DNA of 64,000 nucleotides from NCBI GenBank assembly GCA_965248925.1, contig CBDFLE010000005.1, positions 1,664,001-1,728,000 of the forward strand, written 5' to 3'. Made by a program: the position numbers and the translations under genes. This document shows, in pieces, positions 39,379 through 49,291 of this stretch. The stretch is from Candidatus Multivoradales bacterium. Its GTDB lineage: Bacteria > Acidobacteriota > Thermoanaerobaculia > Multivoradales > J023. Position 1 is the stretch's first letter. Each line of letters starts with the position of its first letter. The notes below the pieces were generated by a model. That model searched no databases. It had not been told where the DNA came from and worked only from the letters and a program-made list of their open reading frames with translations.

Positions 39379-39727
39379 AGGGACTCCTTTGCCAGCGATG
39401 CTATCCCGCTGTGGCAGAGGCAGAGACCGGTGCGGGTAGGAATGGCTCCAAAATCGCTCCCCGCTGGCAGAGCGAGACCGCTGAAAACCAACTTGGCAAC
39501 TTCGCGCGGCTCGATATCGCGTTCGAGCTTCTTACTCTTCGTCCCGCCAGGGACGTCACACCATAGTGAGGGATTTCAATCCCTCGTGGCGACTCGCCAT
39601 GATTCGCTGGGCGCAAGCTCCGGAACCCCGCAAGTGATTGAAATCACTCGCTGAATCATGGCGTCCCTGCCGGGACGGGGACGCTACGCACCCCAAGGTT
39701 GCGCGCAGCGCCGGCTTCGGCCCTCGC

Positions 39728-40561
39728 CTAAAGAAGGGTGAAGAACTCACCCAACAGGCGGCCGATCTCCTCGGGACGCTCTGCTTGCAGGAAGTGGCCG
39801 CAGTCCTCCAGGACGGTGACTCCGGCTTGTGGGAGATCACGCTTAACCCGCGCCATGGTGCGCGCCACGTCGGGCAGAATCCGGTCGCGGCCGCCGTAGA
39901 CGATTCGCACCGGCACTTCGAGACCAGGCAGTTTGGCGGCGATCTCCGCGAATCCTTTGGGACTCAGATGGGTGCCGGTCGCCACCAGCGCCTGGCGAGC
40001 TTGCGAGCTTGCGAATGGGGCTCGCACACCGGCCAATACATCGTCAGTGATATTTCGCCGGTCGCTGACACCGATCTTCATCGCCCGTCCCAGTCCCCAA
40101 GGGCTGGTCAGCAACGAGCGTAGGCCCGGCAAGCGCAATGAAAGGACAAAGAGGATCACCGCCCACGAAGGCTTGGGATAGATCAAGGTATTGAGCAAGG
40201 CAAGACGCCCCAAGCGCTCGGGCCGCTGGCAGGCCCAGTAGAGGCCCAGCGGTCCACCCAGGTCATGCACCGCTAACCCGATCCGTTGCATACCGAGGGC
40301 AGCGACGAAACCATCGAGAATCTTGGCGTAGTAACGAAAGCTGTAGGAGACATCGAGCGGCTTGTCCGAACGCCCGAATCCAGGAAGATCCAGCGCCAGC
40401 ACGCGGTTGCCCGCGGCCATCGGTGGCATCACCTTGCGCCAAAGAAAAGACGAGGTTGGCCAGCCATGCAACAGCAGCACTGGCTCTCCTTGGCCCGCCT
40501 CCAGGTAGTGCAGGCGGAGGCCCTCGACAGTGACAAAACGGCTGCTCGGTTGTTCACTCAT
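39728..40561 (-). CDS. Alpha/beta hydrolase (haloalkane dehalogenase / epoxide hydrolase-like)
   Basis: LHGWPTSS, DLPGFGRS, HDLGG (Asp nucleophile) and GHFLQ. Confidence 0.9.
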   Translation of the reverse strand: MSEQPSSRFVTVEGLRLHYLEAGQGEPVLLLHGWPTSSFLWRKVMPPMAAGNRVLALDLPGFGRSDKPLDVSYSFRYYAKILDGFVAALGMQRIGLAVHDLGGPLGLYWACQRPERLGRLALLNTLIYPKPSWAVILFVLSLRLPGLRSLLTSPWGLGRAMKIGVSDRRNITDDVLAGVRAPFASSQARQALVATGTHLSPKGFAEIAAKLPGLEVPVRIVYGGRDRILPDVARTMARVKRDLPQAGVTVLEDCGHFLQAERPEEIGRLLGEFFTLL

Positions 40562-40592
40562 CTTGAGCCGATGTGACTGCCATCACCGGCGC

Positions 40593-42202
40593 TCAGCCCG
40601 CGGCCGGCTCGGCCATGCTGAGCGAAGCCGGCGCCGCCTTGCCCAAGCCGACGAAGGGCTCGATCACCGGCGGCTGGCGGCTGATCTCGGGCTCCCAATA
40701 GTTCTCAGTCTCGTACAGGCAGCGGATCTGAGCGTAACTAAACATCGACATCATCACCATGGTGCCGGCTTCGGGTTTCTCGGCCAATGCCAAGGAGATG
40801 GTCCTCCACATCTGCCGCTCACGCGGACCGAGGCCGATCACCTTGCGAATCACGCCGCTGGCCTGGACCTCGATGGGACGCGGCTTGTGGGGGGTGTAGC
40901 CGGCCTTGAAGGGCCCCCGCTGGGGACCGAGACGCTCGATCATCGCTACCATTCGCTGGCCGAAGCTCTCTGGCTCGTAGAGCCGATTGCCTAACCACTT
41001 GAGGCCGCTGAACAGATCTTCCGGCCGCATCAGGACCGGCAGGATGTTGGTGTTCCACACTCCCTGGGTCTCGGAACTGCCTTCGGTGACCAACCGCCCG
41101 TCAGCTTTCATGCGGTCAAAGAGGGGCGTCGCCGCCGGCGCTACCAAGGCACCGAGGGTGAAGATCGGAACCGGGTTCCGCATCGCAAAGTCATACTGCA
41201 TCTGGAAGATGTTCGGCCCATCGTGGTCGAAACCAACGATCATTCCGCCGGTGACCGAAATCCCATGATCAAGGAAGATCTGCACTTGCTCGACCAGGTC
41301 TATACCCACGTTCTGCCGTTTGCCGGTCTCTTTCAGGCTCTCTTCGTTGGGGGTCTCGATGCCAATGAAAACTCGGGTGAGGCCGGCTTCGCCGCACAAT
41401 TCCATGATCTCTGAATCGCGGGCAGCGTCGATCGACACTTGGGTGTGGAAAGCCACCGGGCCGTCGGGGCGCTTGACGTTCCAGTCGCGCAGCGCCGCCA
41501 TCACATTCTTGGCCCGCTTGCGGTACACGGTAAAGTTGTCGTCGGCCAAGAAGACGGTGCGGAAACCGGTGGCATAGAGCACATCCAGCTCCGCAATGAT
41601 TGATCTACAGACTTGTGGCGCTGCTTGCGCCCCAAATACTGGATCACATCGCAGAATTCACACTCGAAGGGGCATCCCCGCGAGGTCTGCAAACAACCCG
41701 AAAGAATGCGGGAATTAGGATAGAGGTCGAAACGCGGCAGCGGTGAAGTCTCGAGATCGGGCTTCTCGGCGGTGTATTCGGCCTGCCAAGTGCCTTGCTC
41801 CAGGTCGGCAAAGAAGTCCTCGGCGATCGCCTCCAGCTCGCCAATCACCAGCACGTCACAATGACCCCGCACCGCCTCGGGCGACAGCGAGGCATGCGGA
41901 CCGCCGATCAGCACCGTCTTGCCGCGACGGCGGAACTCGTCCGCCACCTCGTTCATCCTCTGTCCTTGAATGACCTTGCCGGTGATGCCGATGAAATCGG
42001 CGTCGGTGTCGAAGTCGATCGGCTCGACATGCTCCTCACAAACCGTCACTTGCCAGTCGCTGGGGGCCAGGGCGGCGACGGTCACGGTGGCCAGGTCGGC
42101 GATCGCCTGCGCCGGGTCGTAGCCCCAGCGAGCGAAGGACTCGGCACCGAAATAACTAGGAGAAGCTGGGCAAGGGTTGATCAAGTACAGAGATTTTGAC
42201 AC
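40593..42202 (-). CDS. Cobalamin-binding radical SAM enzyme, frameshifted near 41600
   Basis: N-terminal B12 domain (IGGPHAS); SRGCPFECEFC; DDNF, IGIET and GMIVGFDHD. Adding one A at CAA(A)TC restores KSVDQIIAELDVLY. Confidence 0.9.
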
Positions 42203-42891
42203 CTAATACTCTCCTAAAGCGCGCACCGCGCATCTCGAAAGACGGCGGCGGGCGGCGGGTTATGCCCCTCCGAGGGGTCAAAGACCATCCCCAACCGGGA
42301 CGGCGAGCCAAAACTAGAGCGGATCCATCTTTACTCTACACCAGTCGACAAATCGGGCCGGTTCTTCGATTCTGGCCGATATCGGCGCTCTCCGCGGGCA
42401 GGAGCTGAATCCTGACCCCGCCGGAGCACTGGAGGCTCTATGCAGCACCCGCAGCCAGAATCCAAGGAAGACATCCAGGGGCAGATTTTGACCACCGGCG
42501 GGCCAATAGCCTCTTGCTGATTGAGGCGATCAGAGTTCGGGGCATGCCATGCGCCCTGTCGGGCCGCGGCAACAGAGATGTCTCTCACCCATTCGCCCAC
42601 TAGCCCGACAACCGCGGCTGGCAGCTCGCCAAGCGGGCCTAAGTACTCCGCCGGAAACCGCCTGTTCGTTCTTTCGCACAGTCTTAATTCAAGTCTCCGG
42701 AGATTCGTCCAATTCTATGTAAATGTTTCATTAAAAAAGGCTAATTGGATTCATTCTTTTGGAATTTTGATCCACAGAAAAAACTGTGTCTAATCGATGA
42801 AAAAAGTCAGTCTTGCGGGAAACACTCACCAGCGCAATCCGTTATATCGATGACTGGGTATGGTCCATTGATTTGCGAAGTGAGGTGCTAA

Positions 42892-43836
42892 ATGTTCGCT
42901 CTGCGCTCGGTTCTGTTTGCTCTGCCGGCTCTGTTTGTCTTCGTCTTCGTCGGCGTCAGCGTCAGCTTCAACTTCCCTCTCTCCGCCGCCAACGAAACCC
43001 CACCCCTGAGAATCTACACCGCCGAGCGAGTCTACGGTCCCTTCACCCTCGCCAGCGAGCAGCTGCAGCAACGGCCAGGAGGGATCAAGCCGGTTCCTTT
43101 CGAAGAAGCGACCTGGCTGGTCGGCTACTCCGCCGAGATACTCGACCCTCAAGGAGTTCCCCTTTCCCAAGATATGCAGTGCCACACCATGCTGATGAAA
43201 GGCGCTGCAACTCAAGGGAGCCACCACCGGATGAACTCGCGGCCATTCAAGGGAATCTATTCGGATGGCTACACCCCCGAAATCAGGCTACCTGAGGGAT
43301 TCGGTATCTACTTCGAGGGCGGCGAAACAGTTGATTTGATCCCGATGTTTAATAATCGGCATGCCAAGCAGGTCTCTGCTGCGGTGCGGGTACAGACCCA
43401 CTTTATCCTCGCCGCGGAACTGGAACAGCCGCTGACCCCTCTGTACTCGACTATCCAATCGGTCGCCGCCCCCCACCTCTACCACGTGGCTGCGGGCAAA
43501 GATGTCCGCGAACTCGAATTCACCCTTCCCTACGCTGGCCGCATCCATGCCATGGGCGTGCACATCCACCCCTATGGCCGGTCGATTGAGCTGATCGACC
43601 TCGAGCACGACCAGACCCTCTGGAACTCGGTCGGCGAAGTTGATGCAGACGGCAGACTGATCGCCATGCCCTTCTTCTCCAGTTCAATGGGTATTCCCTT
43701 CGAATCCGGCCAACGCTTTCTGCTCCGGGCCACCTACGACAACGTCACTTCTCAAGAGCAAGACGCCATGGCCGGCCTGTTCATGTTTTTCAGCACCCCG
43801 GACGGCAAACCTCCGGCCATCCACGGCGCCCACTAG
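42892..43836 (+). CDS. Secreted type-II copper monooxygenase (PHM/DBH)-like protein
   Basis: Signal peptide; HAMGVHIHPYG (H-x-H) and YDN...DAM (Met ligand) in the C-terminal domain; CH and HH in the N-terminal domain. Confidence 0.6.
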   Translation: MFALRSVLFALPALFVFVFVGVSVSFNFPLSAANETPPLRIYTAERVYGPFTLASEQLQQRPGGIKPVPFEEATWLVGYSAEILDPQGVPLSQDMQCHTMLMKGAATQGSHHRMNSRPFKGIYSDGYTPEIRLPEGFGIYFEGGETVDLIPMFNNRHAKQVSAAVRVQTHFILAAELEQPLTPLYSTIQSVAAPHLYHVAAGKDVRELEFTLPYAGRIHAMGVHIHPYGRSIELIDLEHDQTLWNSVGEVDADGRLIAMPFFSSSMGIPFESGQRFLLRATYDNVTSQEQDAMAGLFMFFSTPDGKPPAIHGAH

Positions 43837-43874
43837 TCCATCCAGCGCCAGCTAAGCCAGACCGGCTGGACCAG

Positions 43875-45071
43875 CTAGAAAGTGTAGCTGGTCCACAGCC
43901 ACAGTTTGTCAGTGTCGGCTGAGAAATCATCAGCCTGATAGAACGCCGCTTTGGCGCCAAAGCTCTGCCCCCAGGAAGCGCCGAAGGTGAGTCGCAAGTC
44001 GAGTTCGGAGCCGTAGTCGAGACTACGGCTCTCGGCGGAGAAGTCATGGTAAATCGCTTTCCAGGCAATCTTCCGAATATCTCCCGAGATTGCCAGATAG
44101 AAATCTTCCAAACCCGCCGGCGGCGTGGCGAGGAACTTGTCCGCCCAACCGTTCCACTTGTGCAGCGTAGCAAGCGGCGTCGTAAAGCGCCCGCCAGCAC
44201 CGCCCTCCAGGCTCTCGAAACCGGCTTGCAACGTCCAGCCAGCGAGCCGGCCGCCAAGCACCGTGTGTTGGTAGCTGGCGTCGATCTCCCCAGGATGATC
44301 TCCGGTTTCCCGCTGCTCGGCGATCTCGACCTCGAAGAAACACTCGACCTCGCCAAACTTTCGCTGGCCGGTGAGTTCGAACCCATGGGTCGCGGTCGAC
44401 AGAGCTGCATCTGCCAAGCGGTCAAAATCTAGCGAGTAGACATAGACCCGCAGCTTGAACTGCGGCAGCTTGAAAGCGCCGTCGAGCAGATGGCTCGACA
44501 TCGGCTTGTGATCACCCAAAATGCGATGTACTTCGTCGAGATAGCGGTAGGTGAAGCTCACCCGATCATTGAAGGCGTGGGTCAACCCAAAGTGATCGAA
44601 GCTCTGATGGTTCTGCCGCCAACCCACCGGCCCAATGAAGCGCTGATCGGCTACCGCGATCTCCTGTCTCCCCACATCTACACGGGTAGATCCGCGGGCG
44701 AATCGCAAGTAGGCCTGGTTGATCTCCGTCGAGCGCGGATCGGCCACCACTGGGCGATCCGCGGCATTGTTAGCCGGGTTGCCTCCAAGGTCATTGAACA
44801 AACCACGGGAGCCCACCTCGGTCGAGTTCTCGGCCTCCAAGACCAAGCTGAAGCCACGGAACGGCTGGCTGTGATAGCCCAGCGTGGAGCGCAAGGTGGA
44901 AGACCGCCCATCTTTATCAAAGCGATCGTCCTCGACATTCTCAAACCGATAGCGCAGTTTGATCTTCACCTCACCGCTCTTCAAAGCCGCCGCCAGAGTG
45001 GCCGGCGGCTTGTCCTCCGCCACCGCCACGCTGGCTAGAAGGCCCAACCTGAATCCACTCAGCAACATCAC
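43875..45071 (-). CDS. Outer-membrane beta-barrel of the alginate-export family
   Basis: LRYRFENV, EINQAYL, VGRQ....DQRFIG.VGWRQN.QSFD, TLHKWNGWADKF and C-terminal ...WTSYTF. Start position uncertain. Confidence 0.85.
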   Translation of the reverse strand: MMLLSGFRLGLLASVAVAEDKPPATLAAALKSGEVKIKLRYRFENVEDDRFDKDGRSSTLRSTLGYHSQPFRGFSLVLEAENSTEVGSRGLFNDLGGNPANNAADRPVVADPRSTEINQAYLRFARGSTRVDVGRQEIAVADQRFIGPVGWRQNHQSFDHFGLTHAFNDRVSFTYRYLDEVHRILGDHKPMSSHLLDGAFKLPQFKLRVYVYSLDFDRLADAALSTATHGFELTGQRKFGEVECFFEVEIAEQRETGDHPGEIDASYQHTVLGGRLAGWTLQAGFESLEGGAGGRFTTPLATLHKWNGWADKFLATPPAGLEDFYLAISGDIRKIAWKAIYHDFSAESRSLDYGSELDLRLTFGASWGQSFGAKAAFYQADDFSADTDKLWLWTSYTF

Positions 45072-45141
45072 GCTCAGCCACAGAGCTTTCGTTGTTAGCT
45101 CATAGGACGTGGGTCGGCGAATCAGTCTCACGCTACTACTC

Positions 45142-46794
45142 TCACGGCCCTTCAGCCGTACCACCCTGGCCATAACGCTCCTCCATTTTCTTGCGGATAG
45201 CGCGCATTTGTAATTCGGCGCCTTCCTCGTACCACGCATGCTCGGGACGGGCAAGGATCCCGTCGATCACCGCGTCCACCGCCCGCGCCGCCGCCCCATC
45301 GCCACCAGTGCGACCGTGGCGGGTGATCTCGCGAGCTTCCGGAATCAACTCCATATAGAACCGCTCAGCGACCTCGAACATGCCGTGCCAGTGGGTGTAG
45401 TCGGGCGCCATCATCGAGGCGCCGTGGCGCGCCCGGCGACCTTCGTGGTGCCAGAGGTAGAACCAAGTCCACTCGATCGGCTCGTCGAATTGGGTCGAAG
45501 TGATCAAACCCTGCTGCCGCAATGCCACCATGATCGCCTGCCCCGGCTTAGCGAATTTCTCGTTGTAAAGAATCAGCAGGTCGTCGTACTGCTCGTAGAA
45601 AGCATTGGCAAAACTCGGCGTGTGGCAGTGTGAACACACCGCCTTCATTCGATTGCGCTTAGCCTCGGCGGTGTCGACAATCGCGTTGGCGCGCTCCTCC
45701 GGGTCGAGGGTCTTGACAATGTTGCCCTCGGCGTCAGTATCCATCACCAAGCTCACCGGTGGCCGGTTGGTCCAGGAGATGCGCTGCCCCGGATCGTGGG
45801 TGATCTTGCCGCCATTGCGGCTGTGGCCCGACAGGTGGCAAGTCGCGCAGGTCGGCGCCGCCGAATAGTCCTCGCCCAGCACCCAACTGTCGCCATCCAG
45901 GTTGAGTTCATCCTTGAGATCGCGATAGGCGACGCCGTGCTTGCTCTCCTCGTAGATCTCCTTCTGAGGATGATCCGGTCCGAGGTGGCACTTGCCGCAG
46001 TTCTCGGGCTGGCGCGCGCGCCGCGGGGAGAAGTCGTGACGGCTGTGGCAGGCCGAGCAAGAGCCCCGTGAGCCGTCCATGTTGAGCCGGCCGATACCGG
46101 TGTTGGGCCAGGTGCTGGAGGCGAATAGGGGTCGGCCGTCAGCATCGCGAAGAATCTGCGCCACGGCTTCCGTGGCGGTGGGCAGCCCATTCTCGTCAGG
46201 CAGAAAATCGGTCACGTCCAGGCGACCGCCATCGACCGACTGGAAGGCCACTTTCGAGCCATGGCACTGCTGGCAGCCGGAAGCCGCGCTGGCCAGCCCG
46301 TCTACCACCTGCACCGCCTTTCCAGGGGTCGGTGAATGGGGACTGAATGGCACTCGCGACCCCTCGACAGTCTCGGCCAGGAAATTGTCCAGCGAGTTGA
46401 GAATATCCCCCGCCTTGGCGTGGTGGCTGCCTTGAAACTCGGCCGCTACTTCACCATGACAGCGACCGCAATCGCGGGGAGTGACGATAGCGGCGATATG
46501 GTTGCCATAGTGGTCAAAACCATCGACATCGCCGGCCTGGGCTTCGTGGCATTCGAAGCACGCAACCCCGGAGATCGCATGCTGGCTACCCTGCCAATGT
46601 TCGAGAATGCCGGGCGTGGTCTCACCATGACAATCTACACAGGCCCGCGAACTGGCCGGCACCGCCACATGATGCTCGACCACTCCCAATTCCACTCGAC
46701 GGCGAGAGATTTCCATCCACTGCACCAACACCAACGACAGCAGGAAAAGCAGCGCCAAGGCGGCGATGATGAAGCGTTTCTGATTCAGAGTCAT
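45142..46794 (-). CDS. Octaheme hydroxylamine oxidoreductase-family cytochrome c, N-terminally anchored
   Basis: Eight CxxCH motifs (CVDCH, CFECH, CGRCH, CQQCH, CSACH, CGKCH, CATCH, CSHCH); HLGPDHPQ.EIY.ESKHG; helical C-terminus WHHEGRRARHGASMMAPDYTHWHG. Confidence 0.9.
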   Translation of the reverse strand: MTLNQKRFIIAALALLFLLSLVLVQWMEISRRRVELGVVEHHVAVPASSRACVDCHGETTPGILEHWQGSQHAISGVACFECHEAQAGDVDGFDHYGNHIAAIVTPRDCGRCHGEVAAEFQGSHHAKAGDILNSLDNFLAETVEGSRVPFSPHSPTPGKAVQVVDGLASAASGCQQCHGSKVAFQSVDGGRLDVTDFLPDENGLPTATEAVAQILRDADGRPLFASSTWPNTGIGRLNMDGSRGSCSACHSRHDFSPRRARQPENCGKCHLGPDHPQKEIYEESKHGVAYRDLKDELNLDGDSWVLGEDYSAAPTCATCHLSGHSRNGGKITHDPGQRISWTNRPPVSLVMDTDAEGNIVKTLDPEERANAIVDTAEAKRNRMKAVCSHCHTPSFANAFYEQYDDLLILYNEKFAKPGQAIMVALRQQGLITSTQFDEPIEWTWFYLWHHEGRRARHGASMMAPDYTHWHGMFEVAERFYMELIPEAREITRHGRTGGDGAAARAVDAVIDGILARPEHAWYEEGAELQMRAIRKKMEERYGQGGTAEGP

Positions 46795-46818
46795 CGGTCA
46801 GATCTCCAGAAATACGAA

Positions 46819-47868
46819 CTAGTGGGCAACCAAGCCTTCCCACACCGTCAATGCAAGGATGGTCAAAACAGCCACGATTCCGATCCAGACGCTGGCTTCG
46901 GCATATTTAGTACGGCGGCGGATAAAGGCATCAATAAACGGCCAAACAAACATGATGAAGACCACCAAGCCTGTCGACAGAAGGGCAAAAGTGCCCGAGA
47001 ACAATTTCAGCCAGCGAAAAGCGACATAGAAGAACCACTCGGGCTTAATCACCTCGGGAGTGATCAGCGGATTGGCTTTGGGACCCAGAGTGGCGGGCAA
47101 GACGGTAGCCAAGACCGACAGCACAATCATCAGTCCCAAGCCGAGAATCAGCTCGGTGTAGAGATGGTCGGGAAAGAAATTGAATGATTTCTTTTCGCCT
47201 TCATCTCCCTCAAAGTGCAGTTCGGTGATGCCTTGCAGGCGAATCAAGGCGATGTGGATGCCGATCAATAAAATCAGCAGCATCGGCAGCACCGCCGCGT
47301 GGAGGATGAAAAAACGTGGCAAAGTGCGGACGTTGTATTCCTCACCGCCGAGCAACAGCTGCTTGATAAAGCCTCCCACCCAGGGCACGCTGGCGGCCAT
47401 GTTGGCGGCCACCGTCGCCCCCCAATAGCTGAGTTGCTCGTAGACCAAGCTGTAACCGGTGAAGCCCAGCATCAACACGGCGATCAGCATCGACATGCCG
47501 ACCATCCAGTTGAGCTCTCGCGGCTGGCGGTAAGCGCCGGTGAAATAAACCCGCATCTGGTGCAGGATGACGGCGGCGATCATCAAGGTAGCCGCCCATT
47601 TGTGCAACCCGCGCAAGTACCAGCCAAAGGCCGCATCCTCGGTGATGTAACGCACCGCCTCGTAGGCCGTGCCCGGTGCCGGTTGGTAGTAGACCGCCAG
47701 CGAGATGCCGGTGACGATCAACACCACGAAGAGGTATGCCGGGGTGCCCCCGAGGGCAAACCACCAGCGCTTGAGATGATTGGGTACGGGCTCGTTGGTG
47801 AGCTCCCGCAGCTGCTCGCCGGAAATCGGCACGCGCTGGCGGAACCACTCACTGATCGCGCTGAGCAT
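46819..47868 (-). CDS. petB: Cytochrome b of a Rieske/cytochrome b complex (fused b plus subunit IV-like)
   Basis: RGLHKW, LHQMRVY, GYSL..EQLSYWG, RFFILH...H and the Qo motif IKPEWFF. ATG 47868 overlaps the Rieske stop. Confidence 0.93.
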   Translation of the reverse strand: MLSAISEWFRQRVPISGEQLRELTNEPVPNHLKRWWFALGGTPAYLFVVLIVTGISLAVYYQPAPGTAYEAVRYITEDAAFGWYLRGLHKWAATLMIAAVILHQMRVYFTGAYRQPRELNWMVGMSMLIAVLMLGFTGYSLVYEQLSYWGATVAANMAASVPWVGGFIKQLLLGGEEYNVRTLPRFFILHAAVLPMLLILLIGIHIALIRLQGITELHFEGDEGEKKSFNFFPDHLYTELILGLGLMIVLSVLATVLPATLGPKANPLITPEVIKPEWFFYVAFRWLKLFSGTFALLSTGLVVFIMFVWPFIDAFIRRRTKYAEASVWIGIVAVLTILALTVWEGLVAH

Positions 47869-48455
47869 CAGGACCGCCGCCCAGCCGCCGCTGAGCCACA
47901 AGGACCGCAACCCGCGGCCGCGGCCGGCACCGCCGCCAAGAGATCAGGAGGAGCCTGAATGAACAGCAGCCCCCGATCGACCCGCAGTGGAAACTGCAAC
48001 AACGCCTGCCCGGCATCGGCCGGCGGACCTGCGATCGCCTTGCCCTCGGCGGTGAAGACCCCGTTGTGACAAGGGCAGAAGAAGCGATCGTTCTGAGCCT
48101 GCCAATGCACTTGACAGCCAAGGTGGGGGCAGGTGCTCGACAAGGCGATGAAGTCTGCTGCGGCAGCCCTGGTCCCGCGGCGGGTGATGTGCACCGGGCT
48201 ACCGCTGGGTAAGTTGAAGGGCAGCGACTCCCCCGGTGCGATGCGCGCCGCCTCGCGGACGAACAACCAACTCTTGTCCGCCGGCTTCGCCGGGTACAAG
48301 AAACGGCCGATCACAGCCGCCAGCGTGCCATAGGCCATTAGCAAGCCACCCGCCATGGTCAGCGACGACAGCCAGGTCAAGAAAGTCCGTCGGTCTTGGC
48401 CGCCAGCCACCTGGGCTTCGGTCGCTCGAGTCTCGAGATCATGATCGTCGCTCAT
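47868..48455 (-). CDS. Rieske 2Fe-2S subunit with Tat signal/anchor
   Basis: DRRTFL; CPHLGC and CPCHNG; GGAG plus ATG 48455. Confidence 0.93.
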   Translation of the reverse strand: MSDDHDLETRATEAQVAGGQDRRTFLTWLSSLTMAGGLLMAYGTLAAVIGRFLYPAKPADKSWLFVREAARIAPGESLPFNLPSGSPVHITRRGTRAAAADFIALSSTCPHLGCQVHWQAQNDRFFCPCHNGVFTAEGKAIAGPPADAGQALLQFPLRVDRGLLFIQAPPDLLAAVPAAAAGCGPCGSAAAGRRS

Positions 48456-48612
48456 CCGCAACTCCTGCTGGGCACGGCTCACCGGGCAACCTCAAGGCAA
48501 CCATGAGCAGCACTAAAAGAATGCAGCGATCTTGCGGAACCCAGCCGCCCGCTACCACGGTCTTGCGGGTAGTTGAGCGAACTTCAGCGGGTGGGCTCCG
48601 CCGCTTGCGCAG

Positions 48613-48628
48613 CCACCCCCGAAGGTAG
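48613..48628. promoter_or_regulatory. Candidate palindromic regulator site CCACC-N6-GGTAG upstream of the Rieske operon
   Basis: Imperfect inverted repeat; similar 16-mers at 50727, 51194, 60620 and 60677. Confidence 0.35.
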
Positions 48629-48641
48629 GAGGCAGGGACTC

Positions 48642-49283
48642 TCAGCTGGCGACGATGCCGTGGCGCAAGGCATGGCTCACCACCTGAGCGCGGTTGTGCA
48701 GATGCAGCTTGTCGAGGATGTTGCGAACGTGGAATTTGACCGTGTTCTCGCTGATCCCCAGATGCTTGGCTAGCTCGCGATTGGTGGTGACCCCGGCCAC
48801 CATCGCCTCCAGCACTTCCAACTCACGGGCGGTCAGGGCGTCCGGGTCCTTGTCTGCCACCGCTTGCCTAGGGTTGGCGAATTCGCTCAACAGCTTGCGC
48901 GCCAGCAGTGGAGTCAGCGCCGGTTCGCCCCGTAACACTCCTTCGAGCAAGGGGAAAAAGCGGTCGGCTTCGAGGTCTTTGAGCAAATAGCCTTCGGCAC
49001 CAGACTTGATAGCCTCGAACAGATCCTCGTCTTCGTGGGAAGCGGTCAGCACCACCACCTTGACCTGCGGCAACTCGGCACTGATCAAGCGGGTGGCGGC
49101 CAGCCCGTTCATCTCCGGCATGGCGAGGTCCATCAGCACGATATCGGGCTTGAGGCGCTGCGCCAACTCGAACGCTTCGCGGCCGTTACTAGCCTCGCCA
49201 ACGACTTGCAACCCGCGGGCACTGAGCAGGCTCTTCAAACCATCGCGAAACAGCACATGGTCATCTGCGATCAGCAATCTCAT
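48642..49283 (-). CDS. NarL/LuxR-family response regulator
   Basis: MRLLIADDH, LMDLAMP, GYLLK and LTARELEVL...ISENTVKFHVRNIL.KL. True start 49283. Confidence 0.95.
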   Translation of the reverse strand: MRLLIADDHVLFRDGLKSLLSARGLQVVGEASNGREAFELAQRLKPDIVLMDLAMPEMNGLAATRLISAELPQVKVVVLTASHEDEDLFEAIKSGAEGYLLKDLEADRFFPLLEGVLRGEPALTPLLARKLLSEFANPRQAVADKDPDALTARELEVLEAMVAGVTTNRELAKHLGISENTVKFHVRNILDKLHLHNRAQVVSHALRHGIVAS

Positions 49284-49291
49284 CCGTTCAC

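Noticed and set aside
45142-46794. Evidence that the organism is an ammonia oxidiser or anammox bacterium
   Set aside because: HAO-family octaheme proteins are widespread, and no amo, cycAB or hzs genes are in the window.
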